NCBI GenBank assembly: GCA_965645245.1
Contig: OZ287072.1
Coordinates: 806,001-870,000, forward strand
Source: Massalongia carnosa
Lineage: Eukaryota
Length of the DNA stretch: 64,000 nt
Reading direction: 5' to 3'
The position numbers and the translations under genes were made by a program. A model generated the notes under the pieces. That model was not told the origin of the DNA. It worked only from the letters and a program-made list of their open reading frames with translations, and ran no database searches. Shown one piece after another: positions 10,957 through 24,414 of this stretch; positions within the stretch are counted from its first letter, which is position 1, and each line of letters starts with the position of its first letter.

Positions 10957-13900
10957 TCAGTTGCTGCAAGTTTCGTTAGCCAGACCTTCACCTTTTATGC
11001 GTACCCGAGTAGGAAGAAACGTACTAGATCTCCAAAGGAGCCAACCCATCAATACTGTAGAGCCAGTTCCCACCCTGCTCTTCCTTAAGAAGCCTATTCG
11101 CAGCACACACAGTCAGTATCCACTCCAATCCCATATCATTACATACACTCAAAGCCAAAGGGTGGGAAAGAAGACGAATAAACTCACCATTCGTAAGGCC
11201 AAATAACCAGATGCCCCTGCGTCATCCTCATGAGCTTCTCAGCATCCTCGCGCCCGATGATATCATCGCTGGCGCGAAACTCTCTTCGTGCGCTGCGCGT
11301 AGTAGCTCGCCGCTGTCGCTTCTTTGGCGCGGCGCTACTGATATTGTAATTGACCGCGTCAGAATAAGTGACCGAGAGGGTGTCCTTTTTTTGCAATGGA
11401 TCCAGATCGAAGGTCGTACTAGGCTTGAGAGGTGAAAACTCTTTAAGTACGTCCCGAGCAGGGGTGGCCTTTTTCTCCATTACGATATCGCTTCCCGGGC
11501 AGACTTCGCTTTTAGGCGTTCCGCTCGCAAGTTTGACATCGGAGTTTACATTATGGCGTTGAGCGTTCTCTTTGTTTGCGTCTGCAGTCCAGTCTTCAAT
11601 CTTACCAAGTGGTAGATTATTGTGTGTTTGATCTTTGGAAAAGAGAGTATGGGCAACTTTCTCTCCAACGCTGTCAAGCTTACTTTCTGCATCCCCAGCT
11701 TTCTGGCCAACAGGGCCGAGCATGCGCAACTTATCTGACACACCCACTAGTCCCGGAGGACCGCTACTGCCAGGTGCGTCTTGCTGGACTCGATCCTTGG
11801 TTTTGCCGCCTCCTTGAGACTGCTGGAATCGGTCCGCATACGCGGCATACTCCTTGTACTCCTTCCACGATTTGACATCATTATCCGGCATGCAGCGAAA
11901 CACCGTACGAAACAGCTTGGTGTTGTTTTCGGCAACGGTGTGCCATGTATCGAGGTAGAATGAATCATTGAGGGGATCAAGCATGCAGTCACGATCGACC
12001 ACTGGTCGTTTCATATCAGCCACAAGCGGATTGATCTTATCGGCATTCTCCTGGGATGCGTCATGCAGTAATGGAGGACCTCCAATATCAGTATCATCAG
12101 TATGAGGCAGCACTGGTAATTGCGATAGTTGCGGTAATCTGAGTTGTGCTGTGCTTTTTCGGGCCAAGGGTTGACAAGGAGGAAGATCGGCATTGCCGAT
12201 TTCCTCAGTTGCACGAGATCGCGACCGTTCGGGTGGTGAATTCTGATTGGCATTGAACAGTCTATGCCTTGTAGTACTAGTGACTCCTGTTGCTACGAGG
12301 ATTTCTTTCCCATTGTTTAACAAAGTTGTGTCCAGCCCATCACCGCGGTCATTCCGCTGTAACTGATCGGGAGCCAGCCCAGCCACGTCTTTTCTGTGCT
12401 CTAGATTCTCAGTAACTCGGGGATCTGATGTCAATTTCTTCCTGGTCATCAAGTGCGGGTTATTAGCTTCCTCCCAATCAATGTCGTGATTGAAGCTGAA
12501 AGTTTGTTCTGCTCTAGCAAGCACATCGTCTTGCACCTGACGGCTGGACTCCAATATTTTCTCTTCAGCCTCACGATTCGCATAGGGCGCATCGCGGGTA
12601 GCCCCTTCAGCATGGAAACTGTCCATGTCGCGCTCCCATTGATCCGCTTGACTTCTTTCTTCTTCCTGCCGTTCATCTTCCATTACTTCATCAACATCAA
12701 TTCCCAGATGTTCACGCATCAGACGCATCCGTAAGGTATGAGGAAAGCGACCGACAAGGTAGGGTTCACTGTTCATGGTCGACCAAAGCATGTCCGTATC
12801 TCTGACCACAGCTGCACACTCCGAATCCCGAGAGCCAAGCATCGAGCGCTCGTTGATATTCGCAGAACCGATGATGGCAATCCTATCATCCACAACCATA
12901 CATTTAGCATGAATGTAAAGTTGTTCTGTTACCATCCGCCTGTCCGGCCCAATTTTGCCCCAAGTTCGAAGACCGTAGAACTGTATATAGTCCTCTGGCT
13001 CTATGTTCTCTGCACGTAGCCTGCTGAAGATGGATGATTCACCACGGCAAATACTCCTAAACTGACACTGCATAATAAGCCTAATACTTGTGCCATCCTG
13101 GTTGTCCACTGTGTTCTGAAAACCCGGCATCAGGGGGATGAGTATGACTGCTCGCCAGGCCTCGTCTTTATTTGCAGCCCGGATGATTCGTTCCACTAGT
13201 GCATCCCCAATGTTGTTTTCAATTCTCGTGCCTTCAACCTCACAGCTACTAACAAAGAACTGATTCTCGATGTAGACAAAATGCTCCGACTGCTCAATCA
13301 TCTTGATGTAGGCATTCATTATGCTATGCTCAGTCTGATCAGGTGTTCCTATTGACCACCAACAAGTTGAGCGTAATATTTGCACTTCGCATGTACTATC
13401 TAGACCGAGAGCTTGCAGATCTTCTAGGTTGAAGTCTGGCGGAGGAAGTAAAAAGGGAGTCGGACGCGTTGGCGTCCGTTGGCGAAGGATATAATTCCAA
13501 CGTTGCACGAAATGTCTGGTAAGATCTCTGGCTGGCTGGCCAACAACCTGCATGGAAATGTCGTGCCAGGGCATCCGAGGAACCTTAGATCTATCATACA
13601 TCTCCTCATACGGTTTGTCTAGCGCGTAAAAGTCCTGCACTCTGGGATTTGAATAGTCTTTTCCAGGCCAGAGCTGACAATGATCGGCATCTTTGGGTGC
13701 GTTGGATAACTCAAAGCCAGTCAGCTTGTCATCCGCCACTGAATGTTGAGGTGTATCCCATCGTCCAAAGCAAAGATCAATCCCCCCGACGAATGCAATC
13801 ATGTGATCAACAATGCAGATCTTCTCATGATGAGCCCAGAAGAAAGTGTTCTGCCTTATTTGGTTTGGGGATCTCTGGACAAAAACGTTCGGATGCAAGT

Positions 13901-16649
13901 CAAGAAGTGAGAACTTCGTGTACTCGGAGTCGATGGGAATGGCTGAGTTAATGTTTCGATACACGATGACAAATACCTTGACGCCTTCTTGAGCTTTTCG
14001 TTGAAGCAGTCGATCTAGTCTCCATTTCTGGCTTATGGCTGCTGGCCGCCTCATATAAAGCTCAGGACTAAGCCACCAGTCATGTATGTAAATCACGTCC
14101 TTCGCCATACTAATAGCTCGTGAGACGTTCCACATGTAGTCTCTGCCATCCACAAGCCACTGCGCAAAAACATTGGATCGTACAGGAGCAAAACTATCAA
14201 ATCGGTTTGGTTGCGCCCATGCCGTGTTCTGGGACATGAATCTTATCGATTCTTCGAATTGATGTAACTGCCGTTCATTCTTAGCCAACAACTTCAATTT
14301 TCTTTCAGAATTTCGAAGTTTTAGACTATGGTGCTGTGGGTGAGACGCTGATTGCTTGGCGGTTTTAGCAAGGTCTTTTGGCTTTTGGCCTCGAAGCCGT
14401 TTCTTTTGGTTCTGAATCTGGAAGCTCGAATCTACCATGAAGACGTCGTAAATATTCATTGCTTCTGGTGAATCTACGCAAACAATGTAGCTATGACGGA
14501 CAGCAAACCATTTTGGACCATGGCGCCCTTTGAGTAAAGAAGGCGTCCACGCTTTTCTGAAATCAACGCCTTTCCCAGACTGTATGATCAAGAGGCCTTC
14601 CTTGCCGTGGTAGCTTCCCTCTGCAGCAAGGCGTACGCCTAATGCTGAAAGCTCAAGGAACTTACATAAACGATTACTTTCAGGACGGAAAATAAGATAA
14701 CGAATCATCTTTTGTAAGTACAGTTCTAGCTTTTTCCGCTGCCTCTCAGGGTATGGTTCTTTTCGAATAATTGCACCGCTCGCCGTGGTGTCGTCTCCAA
14801 TCTGCGACATCAAGCCTGTAGACCTCCGCCTTAGAGTATTCGACGAAGGTCGTCGCTTTTTTTTCTTACCTGGCCTCTCTGGACCACTCGCTTCGCCGCC
14901 GCTTGGACCAGCGCCATCTCCGTCATGATCATCCTCGTCCTCCGAATCGCTGTCTAGTCCTCGTATGCCGCGCATATAAGGAAACGTGCTCTTCGGGAAG
15001 TGTGGCAACTTGGTACGCGCATCGTCTGGCCTGAGTTGGATGTACTTTTGGGCTCCTATCTGTAACTTGTACCGCGCATGTAAATTTGCGAAGTCCTTGA
15101 GCGCGCGGTGGATGACCCATTTCATTCGCGTAAGGCCGTTCCCATATTCTAGCTCAATCCGAAAAATCATATGGCGATCGCCAGACTTTGAGTCCACTTG
15201 TCGACTGTCGGTAAGACGAACTTTGAGTTGCTCTAACAGGATCGGTATTCTCTTGTTTCCGTGTTCGTCTCTTTGAAACATACTTGCCAAGATCAGAGCA
15301 GCAGGAACGCCAGCGGTGAGTTCGGCAAGTAATTCGGCAGACTTAGCATGATCAATGGTATTCTCCGCCTTTCGGCGTTGGCCAAGCGTCTTCAGCCCAG
15401 CTTTCAATTGTCGCCATTTTGCAGCACTAATCGAGGAAGTTCGGTCACCTCGGCTGATTTTCCATTGCGAAAAGGGGGAACCTTCGGTCCCGTCGCTAGG
15501 TCCTCCAAGACCGGTGAAACGTCTAAAATTGCTTGGCCGGCGTTCATCAGGCGAAACTTGCTGGTTGCCGTTGCGCTCTCCTGAGTAGCTTAACCCACGT
15601 GATCCATGGGCCCACGCAGTCCCTCGCCGCCAAGGGCTATTGTGGCTTAGCCGATCTCGGCCTTCGTCTTCCGAGACCCCTTGTTCTCCATGGCTGGCCA
15701 AATCTGTCGTTGTTGCCCTCCGGGGCAAAAAGGAAGGACGAAATCTGTCACTTTGAAGCATTGAAGCAGAGGAGAGTAAGTTTGGTCGACTGCCGTGTTT
15801 TGTCAGCGATTTTGGGATCGTTGGCGCAGTTTGAACCCCTCCATCTACAGGTCGCCGGCTTTTTTGCCTTTTTCTCCTAAAGGGTGAGTCTCTAGCACTG
15901 TCCTCGCCGGTACTCTGCTCTGCATCGGCATCAATTTCGCTTCCTTCCCCTGGCGTCACCGAACCATCTCTTTCAACTCCTCTGGGAAAGTGTGATGTTG
16001 GGAACCGTTCGTCAATGGAATCCCCTCCAACGGTAAATGCGCTTTGAGCCCTTGAATGAGAATGTGTATTTGATGGAGTTGCCAAGTTACGAAGCTTTGC
16101 AAAGAGAGAGCCTTTATTTCGATCCTTGCTGTTCGATTCCCCGTCTTCAGCGTCCCACGACTTAGTTCTTGAATGAGCTCCACCAGTTTGATCGGCCGTA
16201 AGCGTAGGACGTGCAAACTGCACGCTGCGCCGCCCATTTGGTGGTGTTGTGCTTTCCCCAGTGCTCGGTCGTTTCAGGCGTCCGAGCGGAGTGATCTCAT
16301 TGGTACCAACTCCCAGACTTCCCGAAGCTGGTGCCTCCGGAATGACACTGTTCCCAAGTGGAGAATCGGCTGGGCCTTTAGCCCTTCCTTTCTTTCCGAG
16401 CGGTGTAACGCTGAAGTACGAACTGCCTGTAGGAGGTACAAGTTTCACAAAGCTTGGTGTAATAGGCCTCGAGGGATATTTCTCATCTCTAGTTGAGTCG
16501 TTCATAGCCTGCTCAATTCGAAGTGGCGATTGTGGAGTGGTTCGGTGAGATTGTACAGCATCGGCGCCTAGAGGTTGGAGAGGTTGGGGTGATGGGACGA
16601 GGGGACTCATCGCCAGGGGGGGTTGATTGAACTCGGTGTTTGAAGCCAT
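10957..16649 (-). CDS. SPO14: Phospholipase D1 (PX-PH-2xHKD)
   Basis: The 1821-aa ORF has two HKD motifs (HHEKICIVD; YIHAKCMVVDD...GSANINERS), a PX/PH region and PRMPWHD. Two further 3' exons (LLKEEQGGNWLYSIDGLAPLEIY|N*) end at the TGA at 10957-10959. Confidence 0.95.
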
Positions 16650-17089
16650 GATGGTAGCTCAATGATAGCAGCACCATGGATAAACAAGACCTCCTCTCGT
16701 GATCTGTGACATTCGGCGGCTTGATAAAATGCATTGACCCTGGATTGAGGGCAAAGACCCGAAGGCTTAAAGCTTGGCAACAAGATCGGTGGTTTCGATT
16801 TGAGTCTATCTCTGCAGGAAGCACCACTGTGTTCTCTTTATTTATTGCCAGCTCATCTCCACCAAGGTCGCGGGAATAGTGTGAATACCTTGGATGGAGT
16901 GCTCGCATGATCGACGTAATAAATCATTTGGCACCGCACCCCAGAAAGGATTCAGGAACAACTATGCCTCCGCTCCGGCTTCCTTTGCCTCACATTCACA
17001 AAGGTGAAGAGTTCTCGCATACAGAGTAACTACCTATACATATCCCTTTCTTCTTCTACGCTTTTTGGACCTGGTGCTCATATGGCTAG

Positions 17090-18221
17090 ATGGCAGCTTC
17101 TAATCCAATGCAGAACACGTACTCTGTCTCGAAGAAATCCTTCGCAATTGCGGGTATTTTGACAACTGTGTACGGATTGGAGGAACTGAGTGAAGACATC
17201 AAGAATGTCGCATGCCTATGGCTGCTCCACCCAAGATTGCAGACGCAAGCATGTATGGAGCCTCTTGCGGTCTCGAATATCAACGGGTGGAACCTTCGGC
17301 GTGGTCAAAGAAAAAAGAACGAACTGAATATTGGCCTTGTCGCTGTGTCATTTGACCAGAGAAATCATGGCTCTCGGGAGGTCAACGAGCTGGCAAACGA
17401 AACGTGGAGATCTGGCAATGCAAGACATGCACAAGACATGTTTTCCATCTATCATGGAACATCCATGGATGTCTCACTTCTGATAACCTACATCTCCTCC
17501 TACATTTTTCCAAAGTCAGATTACACAATCACCACCCACTTTGTTTGTGGGGTGTCTTTGGGAGGCCATAGTGCATGGGTGAGTTTTCGATATCATAGTA
17601 AAATACCAAGTTATTGAGAGCCTTCATTAATTTTACATGCTTGTGGTTAAGCAATGCGTGCTTCACGATTCTCGCATTACAGCTGCAATTGTCGTTATTG
17701 GATGCCCTGATTATTTCAATTTGATGTTGGATCGCGCCCGATTATCAAATATTCGTATTCGGACCCACAGCTCGCATTCCGGTGAAGGTATTCTGAGTTC
17801 AGAAGACTTCCCCCCGGGATTGGTTGAAGCTGTCGAGAAATATGACCCAGCAGCACTTCTTGTAGGACCTCTTTGGACCCGTAACGACACTGATTACTAC
17901 GAGAAACCTTCAACTCTTGAACTGGAGACACTAATGCCAAAGATGAAAAGTTTACTGCAGGGAAAAAGGATATTAAACCTATCTGGCGAGGCAGATAAGG
18001 TGATTCCTTACAGATGTACACACCCCTTCATGTGCTGGCTCAGGGAGGCAACAAGTCCAGATGGATGGTTCAGCGATGGAGGATTGATGGTAGAAGACAT
18101 TGTGTATGAAGGTGTCGGACATGAGATGACGTCGAAGATGGCTGACGAGGTAGTTCGATTTGTAGGAGAAGGACTGGGAGACACGGCAATCGAAGTATCC
18201 AGAAGGGAATCAAAAATATAA
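17090..18221 (+). CDS. Alpha/beta-hydrolase fold protein (putative esterase)
   Basis: It has a GVSLGG nucleophile elbow, FDQRNHG, a LSGEADKVIP acid motif and a YEGVGHE His motif. One intron (~17579-17651) joins ORFs 17090-17617 and 17637-18221. Confidence 0.85.
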
Positions 18222-18529
18222 TAACTGAGCCGCACCTTCGACATTTTACCTTGGGTAGGTAGAGCCTCTTGTTTTCGTAGACGCCAAGGTAAAGCAAAAG
18301 AAAAAAACGAGGACTGCCATATGCGTCAAATACGGTGTAAAGGAAGGAATCATTCGCTGGATCATCTGGTTGAAAAGGCCAATGATGGAATTACTTATGA
18401 CAATTAGTATTGCATAAATTTGGCCATCATACTGTAAGCACCATTCTTAATGCTGCTCGTTTGCGCTCATCCCTTGAGATGTTTCCTCTGTGACTCTCAA
18501 GAAAGCATCCATTACTGCCAGATGTGTAC

Positions 18530-19115
18530 CTAAGCGGCGATCGTAACATCGACCTCCACGCCTGCCTCGATGTTAATGATGATCTGTTTCACTACTTCCG
18601 TTGGTGCATTTAGACTAAATTCAACAAGTCAGCCAGCCAGACCTAATAAAACACAATCCTACTCAATTCGACTACTTTCAGCAACCAACCCTGCTGCCAC
18701 AGTTCCCGCCAGCATTGCCCCAGCCAGGAATTGATACCCGAAGGAGGGGTACCCACTCAATCAGTCGCTTATGGATTCTCATCTCATAAGTATCCCACGT
18801 CTTGCTTCCCTCCCCACAAGGTGTCTTCCTCGTTGTGACCTTCAAGCTCTTGGTTGGTAGCCGCACGGGGCCCTTGACACGTAGATCCTTGGACTTGGCG
18901 CGCTCAATGAGTTCCTGGCAAACTTTCTCAAGCGACTGCACTTTGCGAGAGGTCAGGGTGATGCGGATCTTGTGGATTTTCTAGCAGAAGTATTCATAGG
19001 AGGCAGCAAATTAGCCCAAAAACGGGGTTTTTAATAGAGGGGAGGAAGATGGGGATTTGGGGGGAGAACGCACAGGGCCGTCGCCGAAATCTTTCTCGGG
19101 CTTTTGATAAGACAT
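18530..19115 (-). CDS. RPS20: 40S ribosomal protein S20 (uS10)
   Basis: Three exons: [14 protein letters not shown] | [21 protein letters not shown]...GPVRLPTK...[24 protein letters not shown] | [28 protein letters not shown]. Confidence 0.97.
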
Positions 19116-19516
19116 TTTGACCTAGACTTCAAATTTTGAAATCAAAACTTGAAGAGAATGATAATAGACGCCAATCAAGACCTGAACAGCAAAGGTTCGG
19201 TAAAGTGATGAAAGGCTTTCTTGGTCAATAGTGAAGTCTTAATAGTTTTGCAAGAGCATCTGAATGTGTGCTCGCGACTCTCGCTTGACGTAACTTTATC
19301 TTAGCCTAGCGGTTATCCTAGTGAGTATTCTATTCTCGACTTTGATTCATCTCATCGTGACTCGGAATGAGCCAAACATTTGAGCTCTTCGACATGAGAT
19401 TAGGAACTGAGTATCACGAAACCTTTCATGTTTATACTCGATATTATGAATGCATTAGGATGTCGTTTGCTTTCATTTTCTATTCCGGTTTTGTTCAACT
19501 ACTCGTCTAAATCATC

Positions 19517-21665
19517 ATGAGTTTACCACCTTTTGCACCATTCCCGCCAGCACGTATTCGTAAGAATATCGTATCCGATGAATGGCAAGTGTGTTTGGAC
19601 TCCTGGATTCTTCTTGCTCAATGTCATCTTCTTCTACCTTCAAAAGATTTTTCTTTGAGAATTGCAAAGGACAGCTCAGTCATCAAATTTCTCCTTTCTT
19701 ATGTTAGAGAAGCTGCTTGTTCCATGGCTATTTCAACGAATGACACTGCGAGTGCAAGAACTCTGAGACAAGAAAGCTTTGTCCTCGTGCACCGAATAAT
19801 GACAGAGATAAAACCCATCCCACCAGGGCTATTGGAATGGGCCTTTTGGGGAAATATTAGTATCGTGTACGCTGGAAGTGAGAGTCTCAAGACTCTTCTT
19901 GAATCAGTGTGGAACCAAGACGATTTAGACAATGAATCTTTCATAAGTACAGGCAAAAGCTTATTGATACGTTTCCTTGAAACTGATAGCCAGGAGCCTT
20001 CCCAGGAGCTGGAAATGATACTCCGACAGACCATAGGTCTACTCAAAGTATCTTATCGATGCGGACAATTCTTGATGTTAGGATCGGACTTTCTGGACTC
20101 ACTCAGTCTCGCGTTCGCAAAAGCGATGCCGCAGCTTCAGAAGCAATTGGCGGCTATAGGGTACTTATGCCTAAAAAGCCTTTGGGATCCAAGGAGACCA
20201 AAAATTTCTACTTTACTAGATCATCTCTACAGCTTGAACGCCTCTTCCAATCATGAGTCATTGCTCAAAGGTGTATGTAAAACCACACCGTTCCTCCGTA
20301 CAATGCGCGAGCGACTTTCAGGCCCAGAAAGCGAGAGAGCAAAGCCCCTAATGCTTCAACTCGAGAAATTCGAGAAGTCACTTAATAGCAGGCACAAAAA
20401 GCCCAGATTACGCAAAATGAATAAAGGAAAAGGCAAGAATCACGACGTGTACGACCACGACGCGCCCGAGAACTTCCACTTCCACAGACTAAGCTTGGTG
20501 ACGCAAATTCAAGAACTATTTCCAGATCTCGGCTCCAGGTTCATCATCAAACTCCTTGACGAATACAAGGATGATACCGAACAAGTAACCGCTCATCTTC
20601 TTGACGATTCCCTTCCCTCGCATCTAAAACACTTAAACCAAGCAGAAGAACTGTCCGTAACCTTCCTCCCCTTTCCACCTCTACCCCAACGCCAAACTCA
20701 TGAAACCGCCTCCACTAACTTCCAACCATAGGACCCAACCTGAACCTCCCCATTCTCCATCCCCTAAATCCGGCCCCTATTTACCAATCCGCCGCAACAT
20801 CTACGACAACGACCTCTTCGACCTCCTTGCCCTCCCCCCAACTGCGACTTTAACCCGCGGTCGTGCCGCAAATTCTACCCCCACAGCCGATACCCTCCTC
20901 GCTCACCGACCCTCCACAGCAAAAGCAGCGATTCTCTCCGCCCTTGCAGCCTTCGACTCCGACTCTGACGAGCGTGACGATACCTACGATGTCAGTGATG
21001 TTGGCGGCACTGTCGACTCGTTCTCCTCCAACGCCTACAGAGGCGTGGACCATGATGCCGATCTCCGCGACGGTAACGAAGTGGTTCTTTTCAAAGCGCT
21101 ACAGAAGGATAAAGATGCGTTCGGCAGAGATGCGGCTACACGGAGGAGCCCTGCTAGGGCAAACTTAAAGCGCGAAACGGGTATGACGGACGAGGCCTTG
21201 GAGGGCTGGGCGATCATGATTGCCCGGGACCCACGACGATTTAAGCGTCTCGAAGCGCGTTTTTCTGGAAACGCTGTTGCCAGTGGAAGCAGGCAGAGAG
21301 AGCTGGCTGCAACGTCTTATCGCGAAGGGAGTTGGATCGCAGGTGATTCGTCGACTGCCGAGGCAGAGAAAGAAGAGCTGGACTCTGACGCCGACGCTAG
21401 AGGAAAGGTGGCAGCAGTAGAAGACGGAGGAGTGCGAGGCGGAGGAAAAGGCGCGGGCATAGGCGTCCCCAGAGGCTTGGGCAGAGGAAGAGGCTGCGGC
21501 AGCGGAGGCAGAGGGAGCGGAAATGGAGGCGATTTAACAGGACCGGCAAGCGAGCGAGGAACGCAAATCATGCGGCAGCGTAAAGACGTGGAGAAGGGCG
21601 CGCGGGCGAATCATAATCGGCGGGATCAGCGGGCTAGGAAGATGGCTCGGGGCGGTTTGGGCTGA
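19517..21665 (+). CDS. CUE3: CUE-domain protein, Cue3/ASCC2-like (ribosome quality-control trigger subunit)
   Basis: It has a CUE domain (VTQIQELFPDLGSRFIIKLLDEYKDDTEQVTAHLLD), DSDERDDTYD and the C-terminus ANHNRRDQRARKMARGG. One intron (~20653-20731). Confidence 0.85.
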
Positions 21666-22158
21666 TTGGGCGGGTGACTTGAAGAGGGGGAGAAGGTAGC
21701 TGAGAAGTTCTTGAAAGATAGCATGGGTTGATAGAAGGGGGATTGGCTAGATCAGTTCTGAAGGGAGGCGGGCTAGAAACATCTTCTACTTTTTGAGGAG
21801 GCGGGATGGAGTCTCGGGTTGTTTATTCGAACGAGACGGGATTTCTCAAGGGGCTCTTCCTCAAGGGCGGGCTCATGAATGTATGGATTTAACTACCTAG
21901 AGAACTAAAAATGCTTCCTGGAACCGCGTAGATGATGTTTTTCTGCCATCAAGCTGAACAACGAAAACATCACCCAGCCGTTACCGAAAACAATGGCCTG
22001 CCACCTCGAACAGCCCAAGTGCTGAAGTGCGGTAAGCCTACACGAAAGTAAGAACTCGAGGCGCTACCTGCCTAACCTAGCAACTCCTCAGTCCCTACCA
22101 AAAGAAAAAATAACTTGACGCAGCGCTCCCTCTCCCGCACCCCTTCTCTCCTTTCCAC

Positions 22159-24046
22159 TCAAAAATCCCACCGACACCATTCCCTCCTCGGCGGCTCCTC
22201 CGGGATCCAACCCCCCTCAAAATGCCCCTTCTCCCTCATCAAGCGGTAGCATTCTTTAGTGCGCTCGTTGTACTGGTCGACCGGCACCTCATCCATCTTG
22301 ACAAAGGTGGGCGGGCCGTCCGGGAACCAGACTTTTTCCCACGCACTGTCGACGGCAGAGGAAGATTTGAAACAGGGTTCGTTATCGATGTAGCTGACCG
22401 GTTTGCCTTTCCAAGTGGTGAGTTTCCCGTCGGCGGACCGAGTAGTGGGGCCGTCGGTGCTGGTACGTAGTGGTGGGGGGGGGGCAAGGGTAGGGGCATG
22501 GTTGAGTGTGGTGGGAGGGGTGGAATTGTTGGAGGGTTGGCCGAACGGTATAGTAGGAGCGGGATTGCTAGGTTGGCCGAGGGTATTGGATGGAGCCGAG
22601 GATTTTGGGAATAGGGTAGAAGGTTGAGAGATTGGAGTGGGGGCGAAAGGGTTGGGTTTTGCGTGTGATGGTTGGCCGAATGTCGACTTGAGGTGCGATG
22701 CAGAGGGTTGACCGAAGACATTTGAGTTTGGGGCTGAAGGCTGGCCGAAAGTTGTTAAAGCGATTCGCGCTGAAGGTTGACCGAATGGATTGCTGGGTGC
22801 GGGTTGCAATGGTTGCCCGAACGTGGTTGGCTGAGAGGAAGCGGCCGGTGTAGCAAACGGATTTTGGGGCTGGCTTGCGCCGGGTTTTGATGCAGCTTTA
22901 AGCGTCGAAGGGGGTGCCTGGGCTAATCCAAATGGTACGAGGGGGGTGGATTGACCGAATGCGGACGTTGAGGTTGAGATTGACTTTTGACTAAAAGTTG
23001 ATGTAGGCTGGCCGAATATAGTCGAGGTTCGCCTCAACGGGGATGGTTGTCGAAAGGCTGAAGGTTTCCCAAACGTTGCTGCAGGCTGACTAAATACTGG
23101 TTGTGGCTGGCCTAGGGATGATGGCTTGCCGAAAGTAGAATTTGCTATGGAAGGCTGCCCGAAGGAAGTTGATGGCCTACTAGAGGCTAGGTTTGATCCT
23201 TGGGATCCAAAAGAAGAGGGTTGGCCTAGTTGCGAATGTGACGGAATGGATCCTCTGGCTTCGCACACGTCTAACCTATTCGGATGCTGGTTTTTCCCAC
23301 TAATGATATATTTGATCGCTCCATCGACGTCCTTCAAGGCATTTTGCATCTGTAGCTCAGCATCTTTAACCAAGGCCTGGGCTTCTTGTATTGCTTGCTG
23401 TTGGTTTCCTGAAGCCGCTAATTCATAATGACGAATTCGCATTTCCTCAAAGCTCTGCTCTCTAGGAACACCACCGAAGAGCTGGATAGGTGCGCGTATA
23501 CCAGGACCATATGCAGAGAGAATCCATGTAGGGCGCTCATTTCCAAGATCATTTATTATACTGGTCTTGCTGAGACTATACCTAAACTTGCTATTAGCCA
23601 TAGTAATAAAAAAAAAGACTCTTTCGACCTTACTCTATGCTCTGGGGAGAATCTGCAGAGAGTTAGCATTGATGCTCTATGGATTACTTAGGAAATGACA
23701 AAACGGAGAGTGAGGTGGACCACACAGGCTCTCAACTTCAAAAAGTGGAAATGTAGACGTCTTCAAGGGATGAAACTCGAGAAACGGCCAGACAAGTAGG
23801 AAGAACAGAGAAAGGTATATTTATCACCTTGGGCTGTAGTCGTCCCGGGGGAAGTGTTATTTTGAAGAGGCGCAAAAGGGTTGCGTGAATTAATGTTGCC
23901 GCCGCCATTTTGGATTTCATGTTTAAAGCTACATTTATCTACAACTCTTGTCAATACAGTTTCTTGCCATTCATGCCTCAAAAGGGGGTCGTACCTCCAT
24001 GTCTACAATAGCCTTGTTGCCAGAATTTACAAACAATGTCAGGCAT
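22159..24046 (-). CDS. AMO1: CCCH zinc-finger FG-nucleoporin Amo1/Nup42/hCG1-like
   Basis: It has an N-terminal CCCH (MPDIVCKFWQQGYCRHG|DKCSFKH), PTWILSAYGP...REQSFEEMR, many FGQP/FGKP repeats and the C-terminus IPEEPPRREWCRWDF. The model includes a 19-nt mini-exon at 23634-23652. Confidence 0.85.
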
Positions 24047-24414
24047 CCTGCTCGTTCTAATGGCCAACAACTTGAACTCAACAGTTCGATGAAATCATAT
24101 GCCTTGAATCAGAAAAAGAGAATTTGATTTCATTGGTGTAGAGCTTTGGGAAGGTTGGAAACCGGAACAAATGAAGCACAGGCGCGCAAAAGCCAAAAAT
24201 TGCTATACAAGAACCATCTCCTACCGTGACATTACTGCGCAAAACAAATGTGACTTCACTTAACTCAATTGATCTCCCGTGAACATGTGAAAAAATTTTA
24301 TTTTAAATAGTAAATATTACATGCAATCGAACGCCTGGGTATCTAAAATTCATCCGACAAACCCCAATTCCGTAGCTAAAGTAGAATCTCTCCAAGCCAT
24401 CAGATTATGACAGA

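Noticed and set aside
11211..16548. Many 60-115 aa antisense or off-frame ORFs inside PLD (likewise in SMC4, SGD1, LPD1 and RAD54)
   Set aside because: These are typical shadow ORFs of long coding regions with no independent signals.
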